Part shown: positions 48,904 through 58,497 of the stretch, piece by piece
How the letters are laid out: each line of letters begins with the position of its first letter
How positions within the stretch are numbered: the first letter of the stretch is position 1
Assembly: GCA_020632595.1 (NCBI GenBank)
Contig: JACKFF010000006.1
Location: 1,460-65,459, forward strand
Length of the DNA: 64,000 bases
Direction: 5' to 3'
From: Nitrospiraceae bacterium
GTDB lineage: Bacteria; Nitrospirota; Nitrospiria; Nitrospirales; UBA8639
Notes under the pieces: model-generated
Seen by the model: the letters and a program-made list of their open reading frames with translations, nothing else
What the model was told of the DNA's origin: nothing
The model's database searches: none
Program-made: the position numbers and the translations under genes

Positions 48904-50040
48904 GTGAATGGTGATTGGATGGTATGGATGGGTGTAGTGGTGGCCGGAACCGGAATTGGATATGTCTTGGGCGCCAGGAGCAGGCAGACACGAATCCACC
49001 GGCTGGAACAGCAACTGCAGGAAAGTATTCAGGCTCAGCGCCGTTGGATAGAGAACTGGAAGGCCTTTTGCCAGTGTCTGGCACCGGTGTTTCCGGTATT
49101 TGTGGCACAGATCAAGGCGGTCATTCAAGAAACAGGACAAGCGGCCGACGGATTGATTCAGCGGTTTCAGGCGATTTCACGAAATGCCAGGGAGCAGGTA
49201 GAGGAAACCGAAGCGTTGTTACATATGGCAGATGGGCATGGCGGGAAAGATGACTTTACCGTCGATCGGATCCTACATGACACGCAAAAGACCATCGAAA
49301 TGTTTGTCAAGCAAGTCACACAGACGACCACCGTGACGCTCGCCACGGTGAGTGTGATGGAGCAGGCATTAGAAACCACCTCTCGAATTTCAGAGGTGGT
49401 GGAGGAAGTCGAATTTATTGCCGATCAAACCCGACTCTTAGCGCTCAATGCGGCGATTGAAGCCGCTCGAGCGGGAGAGCATGGCCGGGGGTTTGCCGTG
49501 GTGGCCGACGAAGTGACGAAGTTGGCCAATCGGTCTGCCCAGGCCTCAGAGCAGATTCGTACTCTCGCGACGACGGTGAAAGGCACAACCGAATCGGCCA
49601 TGTCGGAACTCCAGGTGTTGGCGTCGTTAGACTTATCGGAAACGGTAGAAGCTCAGAACCAGGTTTTGGAGATGATTAAGATTATGGGTCAAAAAAATGA
49701 GACCTTAAAAAAGAGCGTTGGTCACAATTCGGGGCGAACCAAAGAACTGGGCAAGGATATCGGACATATTGTGATGTCCATGCAATTTCAAGATATTACC
49801 CGTCAAAAATTAGAGCATGTCTACCAGCCCTTGGAGCGCATTCATGCGCCGCTTCAAGCGGTGGCAGACGATACTGACGGTATAGATATGATGCCGAAGG
49901 TGCTCGAAGAAATCCGGAATCTCGAGCACACCTACACCATGGAGTCTGAACGACTCACGATGCAGTCTGCGCGTTCGGGTCAAGGGACGGTGATGGTCGG
50001 AACCGGCTCGGATGAAGGAGATAACATCACGTTATTCTAA
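48904..50040 (+). CDS. short methyl-accepting chemotaxis protein (one N-terminal TM, no large sensor domain)
   Basis: Signalling hairpin [42 protein letters not shown]. Confidence 0.85.
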   Translation: MNGDWMVWMGVVVAGTGIGYVLGARSRQTRIHRLEQQLQESIQAQRRWIENWKAFCQCLAPVFPVFVAQIKAVIQETGQAADGLIQRFQAISRNAREQVEETEALLHMADGHGGKDDFTVDRILHDTQKTIEMFVKQVTQTTTVTLATVSVMEQALETTSRISEVVEEVEFIADQTRLLALNAAIEAARAGEHGRGFAVVADEVTKLANRSAQASEQIRTLATTVKGTTESAMSELQVLASLDLSETVEAQNQVLEMIKIMGQKNETLKKSVGHNSGRTKELGKDIGHIVMSMQFQDITRQKLEHVYQPLERIHAPLQAVADDTDGIDMMPKVLEEIRNLEHTYTMESERLTMQSARSGQGTVMVGTGSDEGDNITLF

Positions 50041-50102
50041 AGACGTGAGGGGTGAAGGGGCAGGCGTGAGGTGTAATTTTCCACCGTACATCCTTCCGTT
50101 AC
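50041..50102 (+). repeat. intergenic hairpin element (after the short MCP)
   Basis: AGACGTGAGGGGTGAAGGGGCAGGCGTGAGGTGTAA ... CCACCGTACATCCTTCCGTTAC. Confidence 0.45.
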
Positions 50103-50194
50103 TGAATTATGAAAAACTGGGAGGAGTTCGCGGGTTCCATGCTGATCGTACAGCGTCAACAGAGAAATTCACAGAACCAAAGTGAGGTAAAGCT

Positions 50195-50566
50195 ATGGGC
50201 AAGACAGTTTTAGTGGTGGACGATTCCGTCTCGATGCGTCAGATGGTGAGCTTTACGCTGACCGGTGCCGGCTACGAAGTGGTCGAGGCTGGAGACGGAA
50301 AAGAAGCCGTGGATAAACTCAATGGAGGGGCGAAGCCCAGTTTGGTGATTACGGATCTGAATATGCCGAATATGGATGGAATTTCTTTGATTAAGGCGGT
50401 ACGGGGCATGGCTGCCCATAAGTTTACCCCGATTCTTATGTTAACCACCGAGTCCTCTGATGACAAAAAGAAAGAAGGGCAAAGTGCTGGAGCGACGGGG
50501 TGGGTTGTCAAACCGTTCAATCCAGAACAAATGTTAGCCACGATTAAGAAAGTTCTTCCCGGCTAA
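50195..50566 (+). CDS. cheY: chemotaxis response regulator CheY
   Basis: 123 aa. VLVVDDS...VITDLNMPNMDG...VVKPF. Confidence 0.9.
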   Translation: MGKTVLVVDDSVSMRQMVSFTLTGAGYEVVEAGDGKEAVDKLNGGAKPSLVITDLNMPNMDGISLIKAVRGMAAHKFTPILMLTTESSDDKKKEGQSAGATGWVVKPFNPEQMLATIKKVLPG

Positions 50567-50569
50567 GAA

Positions 50570-50697
50570 AAGGTGACGAGTGTGGAGTCTGGAGTGAGAT
50601 TAGAGAAGCAAAACAAAAGAGTCAGGAGAAATCGTATTGTTGCCCCTTACCCCCTGCCTCCATTGAATTGAAGCGTAAGGGGGTGATGAGTGAATGC
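50570..50697 (+). repeat. intergenic hairpin-family sequences (after cheY, before the four-helix-bundle pseudogene)
   Basis: AAGGTGACGAGTGTGGAGTCTGGAGTGAG ... CCCCTTACCCCCTGCCTC ... GCGTAAGGGGGTGATGAGTGAA. CCCCTTAC (50643-50650) pairs with GTAAGGGG (50674-50681). Confidence 0.45.
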
Positions 50698-50982
50698 AGA
50701 AATCCCTAAAGGGTTAAAAAAATCGGGAAGGGAGTTAGTCCCTATGGTCTTCTTTAGACTCACGCAAGGCTTCCCATCTCATGAACCATATTGATTAACC
50801 GGTCCAATTGGCAGATCGGCCTCGGTATACCGGCAAAGATTGCTGAAGGGGCTGCGAGGCAAACCCAAAAAGAGTTCATGCTGTTTCTCCATATTTCCCG
50901 GGGATCGTTGAGCGAGGTAATGACGTTGATCGAGTTGCACGTGGTGTACGATATTTCCCCCAAGAAGCATGACAGACGATAG
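50678..50982 (+). pseudogene. four-helix-bundle protein (23S rRNA intervening-sequence protein family), apparently frameshifted
   Basis: The C-terminal part (50791..50982) reads GIPAKIAEGAARQTQKEFMLFLHISRGSLSEVMTLIEL, matching the IPxNIAEG...KEF..FL.IA.GSL.E family signature. The N-terminal part (..LVPMVFFRLTQGFPSHEPY*) lies in another frame and ends at 50792-50794. Confidence 0.5.
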
Positions 50983-51090
50983 AGGGCCAACGCCATTTTA
51001 CCGGGAAGACGATCACGGGACTCATTAAACAATTCAAGTATATATACGCTGTAACGCTACACAAGTAAGAGCGAACAAGGGAAGCCATCT

Positions 51091-51160
51091 ACGGTGAAAC
51101 GGTGAGGAAGAAGAGGCAGGCACTGCTTACTCCTTATCCTTCACTCCTTACCAAAAGGAG
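51091..51160 (+). repeat. intergenic hairpin element immediately upstream of cheA, overlapping its SD
   Basis: ACGGTGAAACGGTGAGGAAGAAGAGGCAGG ... CTTACTCCTTATCCTTCACTCCTTACC. CTCCTT (51144-51149) can alternatively pair with the cheA SD AAGGAG (51155-51160). Confidence 0.6.
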
Positions 51161-51168
51161 TTTATTCA

Positions 51169-53274
51169 ATGGCAGTTGATCTTTCACGGTTTCAAGAGTC
51201 ATTTTTTACTGAATCCGCAGAACATGTCGAAACCATCGAATCCGGTTTGTTGGCGTTAGAGCAACGTCCGAACGACCTGGACTTATTGAACCGAATTTTT
51301 CGGGGCGCTCATTCGATTAAAGGCAATGCGGGGATGTTTCATTTTACGGCCATTGCCGAGTTGACTCACAAAATGGAAAACATTCTGGATGACCTCCGGA
51401 ATGAAAAAATGCCGGTGACCCCTCACATCATCGATGTGCTGTTACGGGCGCTGGACGGATTAAAAAACCTTTTGGATGCGGCGCAGGGAGGTGAGGCAGC
51501 AGATGAGGCGGCCATTCACGTCCTAGAAGGTGAGCTGGATGCCTGTCAGAAAGGAAGGCCCGCTTCTGCACAGGAGGGGGCTTTTGCTGAAACCGGTCCC
51601 CAGGCTTTTCCACTTCAAGCCGCCACGTGGCGAAGGGTCCAGATTGATTGGAGTGCCTTGCCGGAATTATTTCAACGAGGGATGGATCCCGCCCAGATTT
51701 TCAAGGAACTGCATGAGTTGGGTATGGTGAAGACGCTGCATGTGCGAACCGACGGTCTTCCGGCTTTGGATGCACTCGATCCAGAACGGTGTTATCTCGG
51801 TTGGAGGGTGGAATTGGAAACGGATGCTCCTATCGCCCAGATCGAGGAGGTGTTTGCGTTTGTCCGAGATGGGAGCGAGTTAGCCATCATCGATTGCGCA
51901 CCGAAAAAACCGGAACCCTATAAACGGGTGGGGGATATTCTGGTGGAAGAAGGCGTGGTGACTCCGGAGCAAATCGCCGAAAGCCTGGCCAAGCAAAAGC
52001 CTCTTGGCGAAATTCTGGTGGAAGAGAAAAAGGCGTCTCCCCAACAAGTCCATCAAGCGCTGCAGAAGCAGCAGCAATTGAAAAAAAATGAGGTGGCATC
52101 TATTCGGGTCGATACGGAAAAGATCGATAAATTAATCAATCTGGTGGGGGAATTGGTGATTACGCAATCGATGATTACCGACCTGAGTGAGAAGTTTACC
52201 CTCGCGCAGCTCCCGGTTCTCCAGGAACGGATAACCCAATTGGAACGTAATACCCGGGAGATACAAGAACGGGTCATGTCCATTCGAATGATGCCGATCG
52301 GAAGTGCCTTCCACCGATTCCCGCGGTTGGTTCGGGATCTCGCAGGGAAAAGCGGCAAGCAGATTCAATTGGTCATGTCAGGAGAGGAAACCGAGTTGGA
52401 TAAAACGCTGATCGAGGCGATTGGCGACCCGCTCACCCATCTGGTTCGCAATTCAGCCGATCATGGGTTGGAGTTACCCGAAGAACGGGTGGCTCAAGGC
52501 AAACCGGAACGAGGAACCATTCGTCTCCATGCGTATCACGATGGCGGCAATATTTGTATTGCCGTGGAGGATGACGGGCGAGGGCTGAACCGGGAAAAGA
52601 TCATTAAAAAAGCCATCGAAAAAGGGATCATTGCCGATGGCAGCAATATGTCGGATGAAGCCGTGTATCAACTGATTTTTCGGCCTGGATTTTCCACGGC
52701 AGAGACCATCACCGATGTGTCAGGTCGAGGGGTGGGGATGGATGTGGTGAAGCGGAATATCGAGGGTCTTGGCGGGTCAGTGGACATTCAGAGCACGATG
52801 GGAAAAGGTTCTCGCCTCACGCTGAAATTGCCGCTTACGCTGGCCATTATTGACGGGATGACCGTCCGGGTCGGTCAGGATAACTACATTATCCCGCTTA
52901 TTGCGGTCACCGAATCCATTCGCCCTAAACCCAATGAGTTGCAACGGATTGTGGGAAAAGGCGAGGTGGTCAATCTTCGTGGAGAATGGGTGCCGGTGGT
53001 CAAGCTCTATGAGGCGTTTGCCCTCACGCCAGACTTTACCGATCCCTCGCAGGCTTTGTTGGTGATCGTGGAAACCGATGGCCGGCGATTGGCCGTGCTC
53101 GTGGATGAACTGACGGGGCAACAACAAGTGGTCATTAAGAGTTTGGAACAAAATTATCGCAAGGTCGAGGCTATTTCCGGAGCCACCATTCTGGGGGACG
53201 GACAGGTCGCGTTGATTTTGGATGTGCCGGGATTGGCCAAATTGGCACGGGTTGGCCACATTGCGGCGGCATAA
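51169..53274 (+). CDS. cheA: chemotaxis histidine kinase CheA
   Basis: HPt FRGAHSIKGNAGMF, dimerisation and HATPase domains (HLVRNSADHG, DDGRGL, GRGVGMDVV), and a CheW-like C-terminus. Confidence 0.95.
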   Translation: MAVDLSRFQESFFTESAEHVETIESGLLALEQRPNDLDLLNRIFRGAHSIKGNAGMFHFTAIAELTHKMENILDDLRNEKMPVTPHIIDVLLRALDGLKNLLDAAQGGEAADEAAIHVLEGELDACQKGRPASAQEGAFAETGPQAFPLQAATWRRVQIDWSALPELFQRGMDPAQIFKELHELGMVKTLHVRTDGLPALDALDPERCYLGWRVELETDAPIAQIEEVFAFVRDGSELAIIDCAPKKPEPYKRVGDILVEEGVVTPEQIAESLAKQKPLGEILVEEKKASPQQVHQALQKQQQLKKNEVASIRVDTEKIDKLINLVGELVITQSMITDLSEKFTLAQLPVLQERITQLERNTREIQERVMSIRMMPIGSAFHRFPRLVRDLAGKSGKQIQLVMSGEETELDKTLIEAIGDPLTHLVRNSADHGLELPEERVAQGKPERGTIRLHAYHDGGNICIAVEDDGRGLNREKIIKKAIEKGIIADGSNMSDEAVYQLIFRPGFSTAETITDVSGRGVGMDVVKRNIEGLGGSVDIQSTMGKGSRLTLKLPLTLAIIDGMTVRVGQDNYIIPLIAVTESIRPKPNELQRIVGKGEVVNLRGEWVPVVKLYEAFALTPDFTDPSQALLVIVETDGRRLAVLVDELTGQQQVVIKSLEQNYRKVEAISGATILGDGQVALILDVPGLAKLARVGHIAAA

Positions 53275-53365
53275 GGAAGAAGTGGAAGGTTAGGAATGAG
53301 GAGTAAGGAGGTAAAGAAACGGGAAAAGAAAGAATCGGATCAAATGCTTTCTTGCGCCCTACTCC
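53273..53365 (+). repeat. intergenic hairpin-family sequence (cheA/cheW spacer), purine arm dominant
   Basis: AAGGAAGAAGTGGAAGGTTAGGAATGAGGAGTAAGGAGGTAAAG ... GCTTTCTTGCGCCCTACTCC. Confidence 0.45.
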
Positions 53366-53417
53366 GGCCGAGGTAATGCAGGTTGATAACCACAATACAT
53401 GACAAAGGAGCTAAATA

Positions 53418-53957
53418 ATGACCACCGCAACGGCTGAACCGACAGAACAACGCTCGATTCGAACGACGTATGCCAGCGACGATCAACAATATCTGACCTT
53501 CAATCTGGCGGATGAATATTACGGAGTGGATATTCTGAAAGTACAGGAGATTAAGGGATACACCACGGTGACCAGGATCCCCAATACCCCTGACTTTCTT
53601 AAAGGGGTGCTCAATCTTCGGGGCACAATTGTGCCCATTGTGGATCTTCGCATGAAATTCGGCATGGGGGTGACCGAACCCACGTCGTTCACCGTGGTGG
53701 TTGTGGTCAATGTCCGGAATCGTGTGATGGGCTTTCTGGTTGATGCGGTGTCTGATGTGTTGGATATGAATGCCAAGGATATTCAGGCCCCTCCGGACAT
53801 GGGCACCTCGGTCGATGTCACGTTTATCGCCGGCATCGGTAATGCCCAGGATCGCTTAGTGACCCTGTTGGATATTGATCGGGTTCTCACGGAGGAGGAA
53901 GTCGTCGTCGTGGAAAACATTCAAGACTTGGAAGAAAAACCTGAGGTCCATGACTGA
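53418..53957 (+). CDS. cheW: chemotaxis coupling protein CheW
   Basis: YLTFNLADEYYGVDILKVQEIKGY...NLRGTIVPIVDLR. Confidence 0.9.
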   Translation: MTTATAEPTEQRSIRTTYASDDQQYLTFNLADEYYGVDILKVQEIKGYTTVTRIPNTPDFLKGVLNLRGTIVPIVDLRMKFGMGVTEPTSFTVVVVVNVRNRVMGFLVDAVSDVLDMNAKDIQAPPDMGTSVDVTFIAGIGNAQDRLVTLLDIDRVLTEEEVVVVENIQDLEEKPEVHD

Positions 53958-54034
53958 CCGGAAACTAAAGGGACCATGGATGGTCTGGGACACCGGCGGG
54001 GAACAACAACTTTAAAGAAGCCAGCGAGGACTCT

Positions 54035-56272
54035 ATGAACAGGATGGTGAACACAAATTTCAGTTTGGGGATTGCAACCAAGTTGGTGGTGTTGTTCGCC
54101 ATCTTTGGCATAGTGCCGATGGCCGCGGTGGGGTATTTAGGGGCTTCCGCTACGGGGGAAATGGAAACAGCCGCCGGACTGCGCGTGCAAGCGATGGCTG
54201 AGACCATTGGAGATAAAATCGACCGTAATTTATTCGAACGGTATGGGGATCCTCAATCCTTTGGTCTTAATAGGATCGTGGGTGAGCGCTACCATTGGTA
54301 CAGCAAGGAGAATAATGCGATAGCGAGTGCCATGAATCAATATGTCGCGACTTCCGGAATTTATTATTTGACGATATTGGTAGATCCTGCTGGAGATGTC
54401 ATGGCTGTGAACTCAAAGGATGCCAAAGGGAATCCGATCGACACCACGGCAATTTATTCAAAAAAATATACGGACGCTCCCTGGTTTAAGGCGGTGGAAG
54501 CGAAAGAATTTACCACAAGACAACCCTTTACGAGCCCCGGCAATGATACGGCGACCGGGACCTACATTGAAGACGTTCATGTCGATGAAGATGTGAAGTC
54601 GGTGTATTTGGGAGATGACGGGTTGACCTTGGGTTTTTCTGCTCCGGTGTATGTGGATGGCGATTTGATCGGGTATTGGACCAATCGGGTCAAATTTTCT
54701 TTGGTGGAAGAAATCGTGCAATCCGCTTATCAAGAGCTTAAAGGGGCCGGATGGATGGGGTCGGAAATTTCTCTGCTCGGAGATAAGGGGCAGGTCATCG
54801 TGGATTTTGATCCCTCCAATCAAGGCACAGAGGACATGACCCATGATTTTGAAAAGACGTTGTTTAAACTCAATCTGGCAGACAATGGAGTAGAAACGGC
54901 AAAATTCGCCGTTGCTGGAAAAACAGGCTATCAATTAGCCCTCCATGATGAGAAGAACATCTGGCAAATGGGTGGCTATACCCATCTGAAAGGCGCCTTA
55001 GGCTATCCGGGTATGAATTGGTCTGTCCTGGTGAGAGTTCCTAAAGCCGAAGCCACTGCTGCGGCCATTGCATTTAATCGAGATTTAACCATTACCGCCA
55101 TTATTTGTCTGGTTCTGATTTTGGTCGTTGGATTGTGGGTTGGTCGTCGTGGTGCAAATAATCTGGTTCAAATTAGCGAAGTGGCTCAACGGGCGGCCGA
55201 TGGAGATTTGAGTCGGCGGGTCACCGTGATGTCCAATGATGAATTGGGAACCATGGGCAAGGCGATGAATGTCATGTTGGATAATTTGGTGAGAGTGGTA
55301 TCGGAAGTCCGCCAGGCTGCGGAACATGTCTCTATCGCATCAGGTGAAATCACCCAAGGTAATGAAGATCTCTCGCAACGCACCTCGGCTCAGGCAGGCG
55401 CCTTGGAGGAGACCAGCGCGTCGATGGAAGAGATGACGTCCACCATCAAGCAAAATGCCGATAACGCCAAGCAGGCCAACCAATTAGCGGTGGCCGCCCG
55501 GGAAGTGGCAGAGAAGGGGGGCGCGGTCACGGACAAGGCTGTGGTGGCCATGGATGAGATTAATAAGAGCAGCAAGAAGATCGCGGATATTATTAACGTG
55601 ATCGACGAAATCGCGTTTCAGACAAACCTTTTGGCACTCAATGCTGCCGTGGAAGCTGCACGCGCAGGTGAACAAGGCCGGGGTTTTGCTGTGGTGGCCT
55701 CGGAAGTGCGAAATCTGGCACAACGTTCGGCCTCGGCTGCCAAGGAGATCAAGACACTGATCAATGAATCGGTGCAAAAAGTTGGTGACGGCAGCGAGTT
55801 AGTGAATCGCTCGGGCCAGACGCTGGGCGAGATTGTGAATTCGGTTAAACGAGTCACGGATATTATTTCGGAAATCAGTGCGGCCTCCCAGGAGCAGGCT
55901 GCGGGGATCGATCAGGTGAACAAGTCGGTGATGCAGATGGATCAGGGCACGCAGCAGAATGCGGCCTTGGTAGAGGAAGCTACGTCGGCTTCCCAATCCA
56001 TGAAGCAGCAAGCGACTGAACTGTTGAATCAAGTCGCATTTTTTAAATTAGAAGATACAGAACAAAAACGGGTTGCAGGGACACAACCCGGATCGGGAGC
56101 CAAGGTTGCGCTTTCAAGTGGCAATAATTCCTCCGCCATGAGTAAGCCTTTACATTCAGTGAAGGGTGTCCTCCCTCCAAAGGCCACGGCGAAGACTCAA
56201 CCGGTTGGCGTGGGCAGTTCGAATGGCCATGACCGCCGTCAACGTCAGGATGATTTTTTTGAAGAGTTTTAG
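54035..56272 (+). CDS. methyl-accepting chemotaxis protein with a ~300-aa periplasmic (Cache-like?) domain and HAMP
   Basis: Two TMs, HAMP ([19 protein letters not shown]), the signalling domain, and a C-terminal DDFFEEF. Confidence 0.9.
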   Translation: MNRMVNTNFSLGIATKLVVLFAIFGIVPMAAVGYLGASATGEMETAAGLRVQAMAETIGDKIDRNLFERYGDPQSFGLNRIVGERYHWYSKENNAIASAMNQYVATSGIYYLTILVDPAGDVMAVNSKDAKGNPIDTTAIYSKKYTDAPWFKAVEAKEFTTRQPFTSPGNDTATGTYIEDVHVDEDVKSVYLGDDGLTLGFSAPVYVDGDLIGYWTNRVKFSLVEEIVQSAYQELKGAGWMGSEISLLGDKGQVIVDFDPSNQGTEDMTHDFEKTLFKLNLADNGVETAKFAVAGKTGYQLALHDEKNIWQMGGYTHLKGALGYPGMNWSVLVRVPKAEATAAAIAFNRDLTITAIICLVLILVVGLWVGRRGANNLVQISEVAQRAADGDLSRRVTVMSNDELGTMGKAMNVMLDNLVRVVSEVRQAAEHVSIASGEITQGNEDLSQRTSAQAGALEETSASMEEMTSTIKQNADNAKQANQLAVAAREVAEKGGAVTDKAVVAMDEINKSSKKIADIINVIDEIAFQTNLLALNAAVEAARAGEQGRGFAVVASEVRNLAQRSASAAKEIKTLINESVQKVGDGSELVNRSGQTLGEIVNSVKRVTDIISEISAASQEQAAGIDQVNKSVMQMDQGTQQNAALVEEATSASQSMKQQATELLNQVAFFKLEDTEQKRVAGTQPGSGAKVALSSGNNSSAMSKPLHSVKGVLPPKATAKTQPVGVGSSNGHDRRQRQDDFFEEF
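55379..56047 (+). repeat. 669-nt signalling-domain block, copy 1 (paralogous to 57367-58035)
   Basis: Encoded peptides are almost identical ([55 protein letters not shown]...). DNA differs mostly at synonymous sites. Confidence 0.9.
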
Positions 56273-56410
56273 AAGACGTGACGGGTCAATCGTGAGGGGA
56301 GAGACGAAATGACAGAAAAGAGGGAGCCTGATGGCGTTGCCTTTTCGGGCATCCCGGCCGGTTGGTAGGGGGGATCCATCCTACGCCTTACGGTTCACCC
56401 CTTACGCGGG
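56273..56410 (+). repeat. intergenic hairpin element (between the two large MCP genes)
   Basis: AAGACGTGACGGGTCAATCGTGAGGGGAGAGACG ... CATCCTACGCCTTACGGTTCACCCCTTACGCGGG. Confidence 0.6.
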
Positions 56411-56460
56411 ACATTGAGGCAGGCAAGTTTGTTTATTTATCAAATAAGATAGGAGGTCGC

Positions 56461-58269
56461 ATGGGTAAAGTATGGAACTCAATAGGCATCGGTCCAAAGG
56501 TGGTGATGACTATTATGGTGGTCTTTTCAAGTTTACTTGCAGGGGGAGCGTATTTGCTCGGACAGCAATTGCATTCCGATCTTGAACGGGTCTTGTCCGA
56601 TCAGGCGTATATTGTTCAAAAGCAAATTGAGGTCACTCGTGCCTATGTGACCAAAGAGTTTGTGGTGAAAGCCAAGGCGGCTGGGATGAATACCGGGGTT
56701 GACCATAGTGCTCCCGATACGGTTCCCTTTCCGGCCACATTTGCTCGTGAAACCTCTGAAATATTGGCTGAGGAAGGCGTGTTTAATGCCAGGATCGTGA
56801 GTCTCTCGCCCCTGAATCCCAAAAATGCTCCGCAAGATTCCTTTGAGAAAGACGCCCTAGCTGCCCTGGCTGCCGGCCAAAAAGAATTTACCAGAAACGA
56901 TACCGTGAATGGGAAAATGATGTTCCGCCGTGCGACCCAGGATTTGGCGACGGTCCAAGCCTGCATCGGCTGTCATGAGGGCAAAAAAATCGGGGAAATG
57001 CTGGGAGCTGTATCGGTACAGATTCCCATGGATGGTCCCGCTGCCCAATTACAAGGGAATCTCAGTAATATGTATATGGGGATTCTGGCCGTGGGCTTGT
57101 TGATGATGGGGCTGTTGTATCTGATGATTGCGAAGTTGGTGGTCAAGCCGATGAAGAGTCTGGAGTCCATGGCGGAGCGAGCCAAGGAAGGAGATCTCAC
57201 CGGTCGGGCCAGCGTGAACAGTCAGGATGAAATCGGTCGAACCAGTGAATCGTTTAATATGATGTTTGACCGGGTGAGTGAAGTCATTGGGTCTGTCAAA
57301 ACAGCTGTTTCCGGCATTACGACCGGGACTTCCGAGATAAATGCAGGAACCTCCGATCTTGCCGGGCGAACCTCGGCGCAAGCAGGAGCCCTGGAAGAAA
57401 CCAGTGCGTCCATGGAAGAGATGACCTCTACCATTAAACAGAATGCGGATAACGCCAAACAGGCGAACCAATTGGCGGTGGCCGCCCGGGAAGTGGCGGA
57501 GAAGGGTGGCGCGGTCACGGACAAGGCCGTGGAGGCCATGGATGAAATCAATAAGAGCAGCAAGAAGATCGCGGATATTATTAATGTGATCGACGAAATC
57601 GCGTTTCAAACGAATCTCTTAGCTTTGAATGCAGCGGTGGAAGCGGCACGGGCGGGCGAGCAGGGACGAGGTTTTGCGGTAGTGGCTTCGGAAGTGCGAA
57701 ATCTGGCGCAACGTTCTGCCACGGCGGCCAAGGAGATTAAGACGCTGATCAACGAATCGGTGCAAAAAGTTGGCGGTGGCAGTGAGTTGGTCAATCGCTC
57801 GGGCCAGACGCTGGCCGAAATTGTGAACTCGGTCAAACGGGTCACGGATATTATTTCAGAAATCAGTGCGGCTTCCCAGGAGCAGGCGGCGGGGATTGAT
57901 CAAGTGAACAAGGCGGTGATGCAGATGGACCAAGGCACACAACAAAATGCGGCCTTGGTGGAACAGGCGACTTCAGCGTCCCAATCGATGGCGCAACAAG
58001 CTGAGGATCTGTTGCGGCAGGTCGAGTTTTTCAAGGTCCAGACTGAGTTCGGGACTCAACGTTCTGAGCCTATGGCAAAAACCGGCTCATCCGTTCACGC
58101 TCAATCGACGAGCGGAACGGGGTCTCAATATTCTCGTGCGGCCTCGTCTATGACTGGTAAAGCTCAGGGAAAGCATTTCCCCACTAAAAAAGAGGTCGCT
58201 GTGGGTGTTGGGAGTTCGGGGTCCAACGGGCATAAAAAGCCAGGGGATGATTTTTTTGAAGAATTTTAG
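56461..58269 (+). CDS. methyl-accepting chemotaxis protein whose periplasmic domain is a Tll0287/DUF3365-like c-type heme module
   Basis: TM1, a ~190-aa periplasmic region with CIGCH (CxxCH) followed by [10 protein letters not shown]2, HAMP ([18 protein letters not shown]), the signalling domain, and a DDFFEEF tail. Confidence 0.85.
   Translation: MGKVWNSIGIGPKVVMTIMVVFSSLLAGGAYLLGQQLHSDLERVLSDQAYIVQKQIEVTRAYVTKEFVVKAKAAGMNTGVDHSAPDTVPFPATFARETSEILAEEGVFNARIVSLSPLNPKNAPQDSFEKDALAALAAGQKEFTRNDTVNGKMMFRRATQDLATVQACIGCHEGKKIGEMLGAVSVQIPMDGPAAQLQGNLSNMYMGILAVGLLMMGLLYLMIAKLVVKPMKSLESMAERAKEGDLTGRASVNSQDEIGRTSESFNMMFDRVSEVIGSVKTAVSGITTGTSEINAGTSDLAGRTSAQAGALEETSASMEEMTSTIKQNADNAKQANQLAVAAREVAEKGGAVTDKAVEAMDEINKSSKKIADIINVIDEIAFQTNLLALNAAVEAARAGEQGRGFAVVASEVRNLAQRSATAAKEIKTLINESVQKVGGGSELVNRSGQTLAEIVNSVKRVTDIISEISAASQEQAAGIDQVNKAVMQMDQGTQQNAALVEQATSASQSMAQQAEDLLRQVEFFKVQTEFGTQRSEPMAKTGSSVHAQSTSGTGSQYSRAASSMTGKAQGKHFPTKKEVAVGVGSSGSNGHKKPGDDFFEEF
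57367..58035 (+). repeat. 669-nt signalling-domain block, copy 2
   Basis: See 55379-56047. Confidence 0.9.
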
Positions 58270-58416
58270 AAGACTGTTCATAACTTGGACCTGGCGAAAA
58301 GGGGAAATCATGACTCCCACTTCAACGCCTGTGAAATTCTCTCCTAAAGTTGGATCCATTTTTCCCGAAAACCTGGGGAGGATTCTATGAGTGTTTATTA
58401 ACATTGTGTTTAAACC

Positions 58417-58449
58417 AGGTTATGGAAGAAATGCTGGATGTTCCATAAC
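58417..58449. promoter_or_regulatory. 10-bp perfect inverted repeat GGTTATGGAA-N13-TTCCATAACC upstream of the first stand-alone heme protein gene
   Basis: Read directly; ~50 nt upstream of ATG 58498. Confidence 0.35.
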
Positions 58450-58497
58450 CATGTCGGACTCATCTGCATGATGTTTCCCTATACTTACAGGAGGAGG

